Shown: positions 9,808 through 19,871, counted from the stretch's first letter. The stretch: 64,000 bases of DNA from Clostridia bacterium (GCA_017936745.1 JAGBEY010000016.1:192-64191), one strand, 5' to 3'. Notes: generated by a model from the letters alone, not told the origin. Program-made: numbers and translations.

Positions 9808-9972
9808 TGAAATATCAACTTCGTTGATATGAAATAATCCTGACGGATTATGAAATATTTTTCTTTCAGAAAAATGTGAAATAAAATTTGCCTTTTCATA
9901 TTGCGTAGCAATATTTCATACACGGAGTGTATTTCATAGCGAAGCTATTTCACTTGCCAAAGGCAAATTTCA
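9808..9972. repeat. Mirror iteron-hairpin array A (TGAAATA x4, then TATTTCA x4-5)
   Basis: TGAAATA occurs at 9808, 9830, 9851 and 9877. Its reverse complement TATTTCA occurs at 9912, 9930 and 9946, with degenerate copies at 9892 and 9966. Spacers are individual hairpins: 9812-9830 (loop TTC), 9834-9851 (TGAC), 9857-9875 (TTTCA), 9898-9914 (GTA), 9918-9932 (GGA), 9936-9948 (GAA) and 9954-9966 (AAA). Confidence 0.8.
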
Positions 9973-9975
9973 TTG

Positions 9976-10007
9976 AAAAAGCGACTTGTCGAAACAAGTC
10001 GCTTTTT
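9976..10007 (-). terminator. Terminator of tRNA-Thr (bidirectional hairpin)
   Basis: gcgacttgt-cgaa-acaagtcgc is flanked by A5 and T5. It sits directly 3' of the tRNA on the minus strand. Confidence 0.75.
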
Positions 10008-10008
10008 C

Positions 10009-10084
<76 letters not shown>

Positions 10085-10095
10085 CAACAAATGAT

Positions 10096-10124
10096 ATTAT
10101 AATATATAACTTTCGATTTGTCAA
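10096..10124 (-). promoter_or_regulatory. Sigma-A-type promoter of tRNA-Thr
   Basis: The minus strand reads TTGACA (10124-10119), a 17-nt spacer, then TATAAT (10101-10096), 11 nt before the mature 5' end. Confidence 0.7.
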
Positions 10125-10211
10125 TACTTTTTTCTAATTTTTTTTATTTTTTTTGAACGGAAAGGTTTCAGGCTGAATGAACGAATCCAATCCAGCCTGA
10201 AACTGCTGAAA

Positions 10212-10913
10212 TTACACTAAAAAATCGGGTAATCGTTCGGGAGTATCATCAATCTGCCAGTCGATGGGAGTCTGCCCTGTCATACGCAAAAATTTATTGG
10301 TCTGAGAAAAATGCTTACAATCCCAAAATCCGTTATAGGCAGACAGCGGACTTGGGTGAGCAGCCTTCAGCACCAAATGATGCGGTGCGGTTATCAGGCT
10401 TTCTTTGGCTTTCGCATTTGCTCCCCAAAGTATAAATACAATCGGTTTTTCTCTGTTGTTCAGCAGAGAAATCACACGGTCGGTAAAAATTTCCCAACCG
10501 CAGCCCTTATGAGAATTTGGCTGATTTGCCCGAACCGTCAATACATTGTTCAGAAGAAGCACGCCCTGCTTTGCCCATTTTTCCAAAAAACCGTGGCTGG
10601 GGATGGTGCAACCTAAATCATTATGTAATTCTTTATAAATATTCATCAGTGACGGCGGAATGGCAACTCCACGCTTTACCGAAAAAGACAACCCGTGTGC
10701 CTGCCCTTCTCCGTGATAAGGGTCCTGCCCGAGAATCACTGCTTTTACATCGGTGTAGGAGGTCAGCTTTAAACTGTTAAAAATATCATACATATTGGGA
10801 TAGACAGTGTGATGTGAATATTCCTCCACCAAAAAGCTGCGGAGTGTCTGATAATAGGGCTTGTCAAACTCTCCCTTTAATACGATATCCCATTCATTGT
10901 TAAATGTTATCAT
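10212..10913 (-). CDS. ung: Uracil-DNA glycosylase
   Basis: Motifs GQDPYHG and HPSPLSA. Confidence 0.93.
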   Translation of the reverse strand: MITFNNEWDIVLKGEFDKPYYQTLRSFLVEEYSHHTVYPNMYDIFNSLKLTSYTDVKAVILGQDPYHGEGQAHGLSFSVKRGVAIPPSLMNIYKELHNDLGCTIPSHGFLEKWAKQGVLLLNNVLTVRANQPNSHKGCGWEIFTDRVISLLNNREKPIVFILWGANAKAKESLITAPHHLVLKAAHPSPLSAYNGFWDCKHFSQTNKFLRMTGQTPIDWQIDDTPERLPDFLV

Positions 10914-10934
10914 ACCAGCAATACCTCCCCCGTT

Positions 10935-11369
10935 TTAATCTCTGTTAAGCAGATGGATTCCCATTGCCACAAGAGTTCCTACAACGGAACCCACCGGTAG
11001 TATGGTAATGAAAAAATAAAGGGAATCCCACCCGACAAAGGGACACCAGCCGGGACTGATGGTAAACCAGATTGCCAAAGCAGAACCACACAACCAAAAC
11101 AATGTAAACAGGCTAATCGGAATATAAGCAAAAAGAAATTTTATTTTTTCATAACGAAGGGTGCAAACAGGAACGAGAGAAATTAAAATCAGCCCTGCAA
11201 CAGCTGCTATTTCCCAACTAAACAGGGTCGGTGTTTCACTCAATAAAATTCCGTTCCAATTTGTTCCCAATCCAATCAGAACCAAAAACCAGAGAATATA
11301 TATTCCAAAGGAAATTGCCCCTGATATTATTCCCATTTTCAGTGATTGTTTCCAAGAATTCTGTAACAT
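10935..11369 (-). CDS. Hypothetical four-TM membrane protein
   Basis: 144 aa, highly hydrophobic. No motif recognised. Confidence 0.5.
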   Translation of the reverse strand: MLQNSWKQSLKMGIISGAISFGIYILWFLVLIGLGTNWNGILLSETPTLFSWEIAAVAGLILISLVPVCTLRYEKIKFLFAYIPISLFTLFWLCGSALAIWFTISPGWCPFVGWDSLYFFITILPVGSVVGTLVAMGIHLLNRD

Positions 11370-11531
11370 ATCTTTCCTCCGAATGTATCTTTATTTTCTA
11401 TACGGACATTGACATACGATTCCTTATTTTACAATTAAGTATAGCACATATTGCAAACAATGTCAAATAAAATAAGAAAAACCGCAATCAGAACATCGTT
11501 CTGACTGCGGTTTTATCAGACAAGAAACAAA

Positions 11532-13328
11532 TTATTTGGTGATAACGATGGTCTGTGCTTCGAATACACCGTTAGACAATACACCGATACAAGTAATGTT
11601 GTCTCCAACTTTGATATCTCTCAGGGTTTTGGAAACAGCACTGGTAGAATTGTTGTCGATGATTTTGGTTTTTGTATTGCTTACATAGATTACAACAGAA
11701 TTTCCGTCAGTATTCAGAACGGTAATCAGGTTTGCAGTGGTGTTTACAGACTGAACAACACCGGTAGCATTCGCATTCTGAGACTGGGTGGAAACTTCGA
11801 TTTTAGAAACGGTTGCACCGTCTAAAGTAACTTTTGCATACTGTGCCAGTCTTAAATCGTAAATAGTGGCAACATCGCCAAATACATAAAATTTGGTATC
11901 TTTTCCGATTGCAAAGGTGCTGGGCACGTTACCATCCATCAAAGTTACGGAAGACTCGGAAGAAATACGGATTTCGGAAATAGTGCCGGAGGTGGATTTA
12001 ATCTGAGAAAATGCTTCGATTTCTGTAATTCTGTTATACTTCAAAATAACGCTGGACAGCTTGTCTCCAACTCCCAGAGAAGAAAACTCAACCTTTGTAC
12101 CATTTTTCTTAATGCTGAGGCTATTGGAATTGATGGAATAAGATTCTACATTGCCTAAGCTGTCTTTCAGTTCCAAAGTAACATAGGTATCGTCAATGAT
12201 AATATCAGAAATGGTTACATCAGACAGTTTTTCATTTGCTTCGGACACAGTCAGGGAAACAATTTTATTATACTTATTGAGTCCAAGCACTGCATAATCT
12301 CCGGTTCTGACATTTGCTAAAGAGCTATCTACACCGTTGATAATCACAACTGCATTTTCAGCCATTTCATAAGTGCTTACCAAAGTGGTATCAGGATTTC
12401 TCAGCTGAACGGTCTGATTTGCAGTCTGCACGCTTCTCACTTCGCCGTCAACGGTGGAAACCACTTCCGGTTTTTCAAAAAAGGTATCTATGGAAACAAT
12501 TTTATTATCTACCATAGAAACCACTGCATTTGCACCTTTGAACAACTCTCTGGGTGCAATTTCTTCTCCGCGGTTTCTGATTCTTACATCAGAGTCGATA
12601 TCATAGGTTTTGGTTACCACAAAGATTTTTGCAGTATTTTCTGATACATTGACACTGTCGATAGTCCCTTTGGTGATGGTAATGTCAATATTCTGCATCA
12701 TACGATACAGCAAGGTTGCCATCTGTGCACGGGTTACGGTTGCTTTGGGAGAGAATTTATTATCACCGGTGCCGTTCATCAGCTCCTTATCTCTTACATA
12801 GTATACTGCTTTTCTGAAAGATTCACTGATATCAGAATCATCTGCGTAAGAATTCAATACAACAGAAATATTTTTCATATCTTCCACGCCGTCTGCCGCT
12901 TTGGTGATATACAATGCAGCTTCTTCACGGGACAAAGTTGCTTCCAGCTTTGTATCAAGAATTTCGTCCACGGTGAAAACATCTCTGAAAATTAAGTATG
13001 CAAGCTCTTTCTTATAAATGGTGGTTAAAGAAGACAAATCTTCTTCGTAAACAGAATAAATGCTGTTAATATTGTCAGTAACAGAAGTGGTATTATAGCC
13101 CAAAATTCTTGCAATGAGAAGCATTGCCTGCACTTTGGTAACATTCACATCCGGTGCAAACTCAGTGGCGGAAATACCATTGATGATGCCTTTATCTGCC
13201 ATATCGTAGATTGCATCGTATGCCCAGCTGTGGCTTTCTTTGGTAACATCCTGAAAAGATGCACCAAATGCAACGGTGCTCATAATCATCATGACGCAAA
13301 GAACAAATGATAAAACTTTTTTTGCCAT
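11532..13328 (-). CDS. SLH-domain cell-wall or S-layer protein (N-terminal SLH repeats)
   Basis: A signal peptide is followed by FQDVTKESHSWAYDAIYDMADKGIINGISATEFAPD...; a later SLH reads NGTGDNKFSPKATVTRAQMATLLYRMM. The C-terminal region is beta-rich and repetitive. Confidence 0.8.
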   Translation of the reverse strand: MAKKVLSFVLCVMMIMSTVAFGASFQDVTKESHSWAYDAIYDMADKGIINGISATEFAPDVNVTKVQAMLLIARILGYNTTSVTDNINSIYSVYEEDLSSLTTIYKKELAYLIFRDVFTVDEILDTKLEATLSREEAALYITKAADGVEDMKNISVVLNSYADDSDISESFRKAVYYVRDKELMNGTGDNKFSPKATVTRAQMATLLYRMMQNIDITITKGTIDSVNVSENTAKIFVVTKTYDIDSDVRIRNRGEEIAPRELFKGANAVVSMVDNKIVSIDTFFEKPEVVSTVDGEVRSVQTANQTVQLRNPDTTLVSTYEMAENAVVIINGVDSSLANVRTGDYAVLGLNKYNKIVSLTVSEANEKLSDVTISDIIIDDTYVTLELKDSLGNVESYSINSNSLSIKKNGTKVEFSSLGVGDKLSSVILKYNRITEIEAFSQIKSTSGTISEIRISSESSVTLMDGNVPSTFAIGKDTKFYVFGDVATIYDLRLAQYAKVTLDGATVSKIEVSTQSQNANATGVVQSVNTTANLITVLNTDGNSVVIYVSNTKTKIIDNNSTSAVSKTLRDIKVGDNITCIGVLSNGVFEAQTIVITK

Positions 13329-13380
13329 AGCGAAAATCCTCCGAAATTTATATTTAAAATTTTATTAACAATGCTGTGAT

Positions 13381-14394
13381 TTACTCCTCGTAACCGTTGG
13401 GATTTTGTTTTTGCCAGTTCCACGCATCGCGGCACATATCCACGATATCTCTTTCTGCTACCCAGCCAAGCTCTTCTTTTGCCTTGGACGGGTCTGCATA
13501 ACATTCTGCGATATCTCCGGGACGACGGTCAACCAACCGATAGGGTACTTTGATGCCGTTGGCTTCTTCAAAGGCTTTTACCAAATCCAACACGCTGTAG
13601 CCTGTGCCGGTACCTAAGTTATGCACAAACACACCGGTTTTATCCTGAATATATTCGATGGCTTTCAGATGCCCCATAGACAAGTCCATAACATGAATAT
13701 AGTCTCTGACACCGGTTCCGTCGTGGGTGTTATAATCACTGCCAAAGACACTGAGCTGCTGAAGCTTTCCGGATGCTACCTGGGTGATGTAAGGCATCAG
13801 GTTGTTGGGAATGCCCTTCGGATTTTCCCCGATTCTGCCGCTCTTATGTGCACCGATGGGATTAAAGTAACGAAGCAAGGAAATGGAAAACTCGTGGTCG
13901 GATACATACACATCGGATAAAATCTGTTCTAAAAACAGCTTGGTTCTGCCGTAAGGATTGGTAGCAGAATTGGGCATATCTTCTGTAATGGGAACTTTAT
14001 ACGGGTCTCCGTATACGGTTGCTGAGGAAGAAAACACCATTTTCTTCACGTTGTGTTTTTTCATAACCTCCAGTAAGGTGAAAGTTCCGGTCAGGTTGTT
14101 TTCATAATATTTAAGCGGAATAGAAACTGATTCCCCAACTGCTTTCAAGCCTGCAAAATGAATCACAGAGTTGATATCGTGCTGAGAAAAAATCTGATCC
14201 AGCTGATTGTAATCGTTAATATCACATTCGTAAAAATCAACAGTTTTTCCGGTAATTTCCATCACGCGCTTCAACGATTCAAAACTGCTGTTGCAAAGGT
14301 TGTCTACCACCACCACATCATAGCCGTTTTCCAACAGCAATAACACGGTGTGGCTTCCGATATATCCGGCACCGCCGGTAACTAAAATTTTCAT
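13381..14394 (-). CDS. galE: UDP-glucose 4-epimerase
   Basis: [15 protein letters not shown] Rossmann motif and the YGRTK catalytic YxxxK. The start is set at the internal ATG (14394) of the longer ORF. Confidence 0.9.
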   Translation of the reverse strand: MKILVTGGAGYIGSHTVLLLLENGYDVVVVDNLCNSSFESLKRVMEITGKTVDFYECDINDYNQLDQIFSQHDINSVIHFAGLKAVGESVSIPLKYYENNLTGTFTLLEVMKKHNVKKMVFSSSATVYGDPYKVPITEDMPNSATNPYGRTKLFLEQILSDVYVSDHEFSISLLRYFNPIGAHKSGRIGENPKGIPNNLMPYITQVASGKLQQLSVFGSDYNTHDGTGVRDYIHVMDLSMGHLKAIEYIQDKTGVFVHNLGTGTGYSVLDLVKAFEEANGIKVPYRLVDRRPGDIAECYADPSKAKEELGWVAERDIVDMCRDAWNWQKQNPNGYEE

Positions 14395-14618
14395 AAGTAC
14401 CTCCGTTAAATGTCTGTATATTTTTATACGATTACATTGTAGCACAAACTTCGTAAAAAGTAAATATAAATCAAAAAAAAAACTTTACTTTTTAATCAAA
14501 TTGTTATATAATTGAAACATAACTCCATTCCATTGCCGATTTTTTGCCCTTTCCCTGGCAACTCGTTAAAATTTCGGCATATATTTTATAATGTAATCCA
14601 TCAGGAAAGGATGTTTTT

Positions 14619-15215
14619 ATGAAAAAAATTATCGCTATTAACGGCAGCCCCAATGCAAGCGGAAATACATATGAGTTACTTTCCCGTCTGGGAGCTGAAA
14701 TTGAAAAAAACGGAGTCAGCTTTGAATTGATAACCATTCAGGAAGCATTATCGGATTTGAAAATCCCCTATTGTGTCTGCTGCTCCTCTCCTTGTAACCA
14801 ATCCTGTTATCAAGGCACGAAAATGGAAGCGGTTTTGCAAAAATGTATGGAGGCAGACGGCATCGTTTTCGGAAGTCCTGTTTATTTCGGAAGTATGTCG
14901 GCACAGCTCAAATGCTTCTTTGACAAAACCAGAGATGCCCGTGGGAAAAAAGCATTTTTAGGCAAACCTGCCTGTGCAGTCAGTGTAGGTGCAACTAAAT
15001 ACGGCGGTCAGCAGTCAACGCTTCGTTCCATACAGGATTGCTGTATGGTGCTGGGCTTCAGCATTGTCACCGATGCCGAGGAAGAATTCGGCTGCGGTCA
15101 TTTCGGATTAAGTGCTCAAAAGCCTGCCTGTGAAGATGCTTATGCACTGGCACGCATTCCCGTATTGGCAAAAAGAATGTGTCGCGAAGTTTTAAAATCA
15201 TCTTCCGGAAAATAA
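14619..15215 (+). CDS. Flavodoxin-like NAD(P)H-dependent FMN reductase or iron-sulfur flavoprotein
   Basis: MKKIIAINGSPNASGNT, a Cys cluster CVCCSSPCNQSC, and GSPVYFGS. Confidence 0.7.
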   Translation: MKKIIAINGSPNASGNTYELLSRLGAEIEKNGVSFELITIQEALSDLKIPYCVCCSSPCNQSCYQGTKMEAVLQKCMEADGIVFGSPVYFGSMSAQLKCFFDKTRDARGKKAFLGKPACAVSVGATKYGGQQSTLRSIQDCCMVLGFSIVTDAEEEFGCGHFGLSAQKPACEDAYALARIPVLAKRMCREVLKSSSGK

Positions 15216-15226
15216 GAGGGTTTGAT

Positions 15227-16351
15227 ATGAAGTTATTGATTTTATCCATTACCGCCGGTCAGGGACACCACCAGACCGGGCTGGCTGTGGCAAATTATTT
15301 TGAAGAAAACGCTCATCAGGTTACCCAGCTCGATTGCTACGAATACTTAAGTCCCGCTATGAAGGACATGGTGTCTCACGGGTATCTGGTGTCCACCAAG
15401 TATTCTCCCAAGCTTTACGGGAAGATGTACCGTCTGGCAGAAAAAGCAGACAAAACAGATCATTACGCCACCTTATTTCAATTAACCAACACATTATTTC
15501 ATCACAAAATGGCAAGATATCTGGAGGAAGCTGCTCCTGATGCGGTGGTTTGCACGCACGTGTTCGCTGCGATTCTGATGAGCTACCTTGCCGAAAAAGG
15601 TTACTACTACCCCACCGTCGGTATTATCACCGATTTTAAAGCGCATCCCTATTGGGAATCTACCCGTTTGGATTATTATGTCACCCCGAACGAATTTATG
15701 ATTCCCTCCCTGATAAAAAAAGGAATCCGAAAGGAACAGATTCTTCCCATCGGGATTCCCATTTTTCAAAAATTCAGTCAAAAGACAAGCAAGGAAGCTG
15801 CAAGAGAAGCCTTACAGATTGATAACATCCCCACCATTTTAGTTATGAGCGGAAGTATGGGCTTCGGCAATGTATATAAAATTTTACAAAGCATTGACGC
15901 TGTTATGGAAGATTTTCAGCTGATTACCGTTTGCGGCAATAACGAAAAGCTTTATAAAAAAATCCAAAAAAAGCGCTGGAAGCATACTGTTCACAATTTT
16001 GGCTATATCAATTTTGTGGACAAGCTGATGGATGCAGCAGATTATCTTGTTACAAAACCGGGCGGACTAACAGTGTCGGAAGCTTTGGCAAAAGAGCTGC
16101 CTATGCTGATTTCCAAACCCATTCCGGGACAAGAAGAAAGAAATCTGGAATTTCTTTTAAATTTTGGATGCTGTATGCGAATCTCCAAAACAAGTCCTGC
16201 AGACGAAATCATCGCACAGCTTATGATGAATCCGAAGAAAACAGAACTGATGCTGGAAAATGTGAAAATACTAAAAAAACCGGATTCCACCAAACAATTA
16301 TACGAACATATTATGAACATGATATCCAAACAGAAGGAGATAAAACAATGA
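15227..16351 (+). CDS. MGDG-synthase-family (GT28) diacylglycerol glycosyltransferase, UgtP-like
   Basis: MKLLILSITAGQGHHQTG motif and the C-terminal TKPGGLTVSEALA. ATG at 15227 after GAGGG. Confidence 0.8.
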   Translation: MKLLILSITAGQGHHQTGLAVANYFEENAHQVTQLDCYEYLSPAMKDMVSHGYLVSTKYSPKLYGKMYRLAEKADKTDHYATLFQLTNTLFHHKMARYLEEAAPDAVVCTHVFAAILMSYLAEKGYYYPTVGIITDFKAHPYWESTRLDYYVTPNEFMIPSLIKKGIRKEQILPIGIPIFQKFSQKTSKEAAREALQIDNIPTILVMSGSMGFGNVYKILQSIDAVMEDFQLITVCGNNEKLYKKIQKKRWKHTVHNFGYINFVDKLMDAADYLVTKPGGLTVSEALAKELPMLISKPIPGQEERNLEFLLNFGCCMRISKTSPADEIIAQLMMNPKKTELMLENVKILKKPDSTKQLYEHIMNMISKQKEIKQ

Positions 16352-16800
16352 TAGCAATTGGTAACGACCACGTAGGATTTGAATTAAAGGAAGCTGTAAT
16401 CGAGGTGTTAAAAGCGCACAATCTGGAATATAAAGATTTTGGTGCTTATTCACCCGACCGCGCCAATTATCCCGTTTACGGACAAAAGGTAGCAATGGCA
16501 GTTGCCAGTGGAGAATGTGACAGAGGAATTCTCCTCTGTGGCACAGGTGTAGGCATTTCCATTGCTGCAAACAAGGTAAAAGGAGTTCGTTGTGTTGTGT
16601 GCTCCGAGCCGTATTCCGCAAAGCTCGCAAAGGAGCATAACAATGCCAATATATTATCCATGGGGGCAAGAGTCGTTGGTCCTGAGCTGGCAAAAATGAT
16701 TGTGGAAAGCTGGTTGACCGCAGAATTTCAGGGTGGCAGACACGCAGAACGGGTTGCTATGCTTGATGAAATCGAAAACGGCGTAATCCTTTCGGAGTAA
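16348..16800 (+). CDS. rpiB: Ribose-5-phosphate isomerase B
   Basis: MIAIGNDHVGFELK, CGTGVGISIAANK and GARVVG motifs. ATGA overlap with the upstream stop. Confidence 0.9.
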   Translation: MIAIGNDHVGFELKEAVIEVLKAHNLEYKDFGAYSPDRANYPVYGQKVAMAVASGECDRGILLCGTGVGISIAANKVKGVRCVVCSEPYSAKLAKEHNNANILSMGARVVGPELAKMIVESWLTAEFQGGRHAERVAMLDEIENGVILSE

Positions 16801-16824
16801 TTTTTTCATATCATAGGAGTTGCA

Positions 16825-17712
16825 ATGCGGTATTTTATTGTTTTCATATGTATGCCGGTGATTCAGAAAATTGTTTCCAGGCTGCTTGGATGGGTTACCC
16901 CCTACCTGATACCCTTGTTCTCAATCACCGGAGCTGCTTCGTTCTGGCTTTCTATCTTCGGTGTTTTTCTTAAGCAATTGATAGCCAATTGTCTGTTCGT
17001 TATGGTATTATACCGTAAAGAACGGTATTTACCAAAAAAAGAACTGCAAACCAACAAGCCAGGCGGGATTCTTTACTTTGCAGCAGTTGGATTTCTGCTT
17101 CAGTTTATCGGCATTGTGTGTAATGCAGTGATGGCTGTTTTCTTAAAAAAGCTGGGGCTGACAGTCCCCTCGTCTCCCCTGATGATTCCGCAAACCGTAT
17201 GGCAATACACAGCACAGATTGCAGTTGCCTGCTTAGCGCCTGCCGTGTTTGAAGAAGTGTTGTTCCGGCGGTTTGTATTTGACCATATCAGGGGCTATTC
17301 CAGGGCTTCTGCCGTGATATTTTCCGCCCTCTTTTTTGCAACGGCACACTACGACTTCTTCAATTTTCCCGCAACCTTTCTTGTGGGGCTTGTGTTAGGG
17401 GTATTCCGTGCCGGCGGTGCACCGCTATTGTATTGTATCACAACACACTTCGCCACCAACTGCTGTGCAACCATTCTGAATGTGGCACTGGAAAATGCGG
17501 TCATCGCCTCGTTTTTTAACAGATATCTGATTTTGATATTTGTTCTCGCACTGGTATTTATATTACTTCTGTTACCCAAGCATAAAAATTTTTGTATCTC
17601 ATCAGAAGAGTTTTGTTCAGAAAAGCAATCTTATATAAAGGTGTTGCTGGTCAATCCGTTGTTTTATGTATACATATTTTGTTTTCTTGTTTTAGGAGTG
17701 AAAAGCCTATGA
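16825..17712 (+). CDS. CPBP (CAAX-type) intramembrane glutamic endopeptidase
   Basis: EEVLFRR and FFATAHY motifs in a polytopic protein. Confidence 0.75.
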   Translation: MRYFIVFICMPVIQKIVSRLLGWVTPYLIPLFSITGAASFWLSIFGVFLKQLIANCLFVMVLYRKERYLPKKELQTNKPGGILYFAAVGFLLQFIGIVCNAVMAVFLKKLGLTVPSSPLMIPQTVWQYTAQIAVACLAPAVFEEVLFRRFVFDHIRGYSRASAVIFSALFFATAHYDFFNFPATFLVGLVLGVFRAGGAPLLYCITTHFATNCCATILNVALENAVIASFFNRYLILIFVLALVFILLLLPKHKNFCISSEEFCSEKQSYIKVLLVNPLFYVYIFCFLVLGVKSL

Positions 17713-18692
17713 AACGAATTTATCCTATCTTTTATACCATACTTCTTATCATAATCGGAATTTTCTGTTACGATGTATTCGGTTGGGGTAACTCTGCCGA
17801 AACCATTCAGATTTCCATTTCCGAAAACGATAATTTGTCTGTTTTATCAGACAAGCTGAAGGAAGAAAAGGTCATTTTCAGCAAGCACCTTTTCAAGCTG
17901 TTTTATCAGTTTAATACCCATTCCACTACTATCCATCCTGGAACGGTTACCCTCCATAAAAACGATTCTTACCAGCAGATTTCAAAGGCAATTTCCGATT
18001 CTAAAAAGGGAACGGTAACCATTACTATTCCAGAGGGATTTGAGGTTCGCGAAATTGCTGAAAGGCTTTTGAAAAACGAACTGATTTCTTCGGAAAATGA
18101 CTTTTATACGGCATTGGAGAATTATTCGTTTCAAACCAATCAGGGAAACATCATCACAGGAGAGGCACTGAACGGATTTTTATTCCCGGACACCTATGCC
18201 ATCCCCCAAAGCACAACCCCAAAAGCCATTATCACGATGATGACCAATCACTTTAATACAAAATGGACAGACGAATTCCAGAAAAAGGCAGATGCTCTCA
18301 ATATGGATGTTACAGAAGTCATCACCCTTGCCTCCATTGTGGAGCGTGAAGCAAGAAAAGAAACAGATTTTCCGCTGGTTGCCTCCGTGTTTCACAATCG
18401 GCTGCAGCAAGGAAAAAAGCTGGAATCCTGCGCCACAGTGCAATATATTTTAAAAGAGCGAAAAGCAGTGCTTTCCGTTGCAGATACCCAAATCGACTCC
18501 CCCTATAACACCTACCGGTATGAGGGATTGCCACCAGCACCCATTGCCGTTCCCGGAATGCTGGCAATCGAAGCGGTGTTATCCCCTGCTAACACAGATT
18601 ATCTGTATTTCTTCACCGATAAAAACGGTAACAACCATTATGCAAAAACCTACGCAGAGCACAATGCACTCATCAATCAATACGGGTTATAA
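17709..18692 (+). CDS. mltG: Endolytic murein transglycosylase (YceG family)
   Basis: N-terminal TM helix. Motifs ASIVEREA and SPYNTYRYEGLPPAPIAVPG. Confidence 0.88.
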   Translation: MKRIYPIFYTILLIIIGIFCYDVFGWGNSAETIQISISENDNLSVLSDKLKEEKVIFSKHLFKLFYQFNTHSTTIHPGTVTLHKNDSYQQISKAISDSKKGTVTITIPEGFEVREIAERLLKNELISSENDFYTALENYSFQTNQGNIITGEALNGFLFPDTYAIPQSTTPKAIITMMTNHFNTKWTDEFQKKADALNMDVTEVITLASIVEREARKETDFPLVASVFHNRLQQGKKLESCATVQYILKERKAVLSVADTQIDSPYNTYRYEGLPPAPIAVPGMLAIEAVLSPANTDYLYFFTDKNGNNHYAKTYAEHNALINQYGL

Positions 18693-18695
18693 TAA

Positions 18696-18734
18696 CAAAA
18701 AAGCTTGTAACAAAAAATGTTACAAGCTTTTTTA
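18696..18734. terminator. Bidirectional terminator between convergent mltG and prfA
   Basis: aagcttgtaac / gttacaagctt is an 11-bp stem flanked by an A-run and a T-run. Confidence 0.7.
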
Positions 18735-18798
18735 TTGTTTCAAAAACTTTAATCCGCTCTTTCCTGATTCTATACTGCCATTGCAGGTTTCAGGAAAA

Positions 18799-19869
18799 TC
18801 AGCTTTCGCTCATCAGAAGTTTTGCACTGCGGTCTGCCGTAATCAAAGCTTCCACAAAGGCATCGATATTTCCATTCATAATATTGGGAAGCTGTTGAAT
18901 AGTCAACCCGATTCTATGGTCGGTCACACGCCCCTGAGGATAGTTGTAGGTACGGATTCGTTCACTTCGGTCGCCGGTACCAACCTGAGATTTTCTTTCT
19001 GCTGCAATTTTGCTGTTCTGCTCCATAATTTTAATATCATAAAGCTTGGAACGCAGCATTTTCATCGCCATATCACGGTTTTTATGCTGGCTTCGTTCGT
19101 TCTGACATGCCACTACAATGCCGGTAGGCTTATGCGTAATACGAATTGCAGACTCCGTTTTATTGACATGCTGACCACCGGCTCCTGATGCACGGTAGGT
19201 ATCAATTTCCAAATCATCGGGGTTGATTTCCACCTCAACATCTTCTACCTCAGGCAACACCGCAACCGTAACGGTGGAGGTGTGGATTCTGCCACCGGAT
19301 TCCGTTTCGGGGATTCTCTGCACACGGTGAACACCGCTTTCAAATTTCAGCTTGGAATATACCCCTTTCCCCTCAATAGAGAAAGAAATTTCCTTATATC
19401 CGCCAATGCCGATTTCTGTTTCAGAAATGACTTCTGTTTTGAAGCGCTGATTCATGGCATACATAGAGTACATACGGTACAAATCGCCGGCAAACAGCGC
19501 AGCCTCGTCACCCCCTGCACCTGCGCGGATTTCCACGATAACGTTTTTCTCGTCATTTTCATCTTTGGGGAGAAGAAGAATTTTAATTTCTTCCATAATC
19601 TGTTCGCTCTGGTCCCGCTTATCATAATATTCTGCTTCCGCCATTTCCCGAAGGTCGTGGTCAGACTCGGTATCCATCATTTCTTTGGCATCTGCCATTT
19701 CCTGCTGTGCCTGCTTATATTCCCGATATTTTTCCACAATAGGCTCCAACTCGGAAATTTCCTTCATCACACTGCGGAACTGGTCCTGATCGCTGATAAT
19801 GGAGGGGTCTGCCGCTTTTTGGTTGAGTTCAATATATTTCTGCTCTAAAAAACCTAATTTTTCAAACAT
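18799..19869 (-). CDS. prfA: Peptide chain release factor 1
   Basis: PET tripeptide context [18 protein letters not shown] motif [12 protein letters not shown]-terminal [15 protein letters not shown]. The stop codon is TGA. Confidence 0.93.
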   Translation of the reverse strand: MFEKLGFLEQKYIELNQKAADPSIISDQDQFRSVMKEISELEPIVEKYREYKQAQQEMADAKEMMDTESDHDLREMAEAEYYDKRDQSEQIMEEIKILLLPKDENDEKNVIVEIRAGAGGDEAALFAGDLYRMYSMYAMNQRFKTEVISETEIGIGGYKEISFSIEGKGVYSKLKFESGVHRVQRIPETESGGRIHTSTVTVAVLPEVEDVEVEINPDDLEIDTYRASGAGGQHVNKTESAIRITHKPTGIVVACQNERSQHKNRDMAMKMLRSKLYDIKIMEQNSKIAAERKSQVGTGDRSERIRTYNYPQGRVTDHRIGLTIQQLPNIMNGNIDAFVEALITADRSAKLLMSES

Positions 19870-19871
19870 TA

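Noticed and set aside
9732-9923. Track ORFs lying inside the arrays (9732-9923 minus, 49777-49968 minus, 49819-50016 plus, 49937-50236 plus) as possible small proteins.
   Set aside because: They have no RBS. Their low-complexity translations are dictated by the DNA repeats. They overlap each other on both strands and cross terminators. Non-coding repeat structure explains them better.
9808-9972. Arrays A and B (also 49825-49996) considered as CRISPR arrays.
   Set aside because: The repeats are only 7-9 bp and the spacers only 11-19 bp. The repeat flips orientation halfway through each array. The hairpins are in the spacers rather than the repeats. No cas genes are present in the window.
9987-9993. 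Additional perfect Spo0A-box words: TGTCGAA in the tRNA terminator loop (9987-9993) and in coding sequence (3289-3295), and TTCGACA at 32-38.
   Set aside because: These are single, isolated 7-mers inside a terminator stem-loop or ORFs. A few chance hits of this kind are plausible in 128 kb of two-strand sequence. There is no tandem arrangement or promoter context.
18478-19188. Long antisense or shadow ORFs in the track, for example 1384-2355 (minus), 18478-19188 (plus), 19282-19848 (plus), 42248-42919 (plus), 46054-46512 (plus), 47125-47658 (plus), 35469-35918 (plus) and 60345-60770 (plus).
   Set aside because: Each lies entirely opposite a gene with strong motif support (the surface protein, prfA, the GTPase, glnA, the ECF-S and membrane protein genes, the SLH protein, lepB). 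They lack RBSs and have low-complexity or Cys/Arg/His-rich translations typical of antisense frames.
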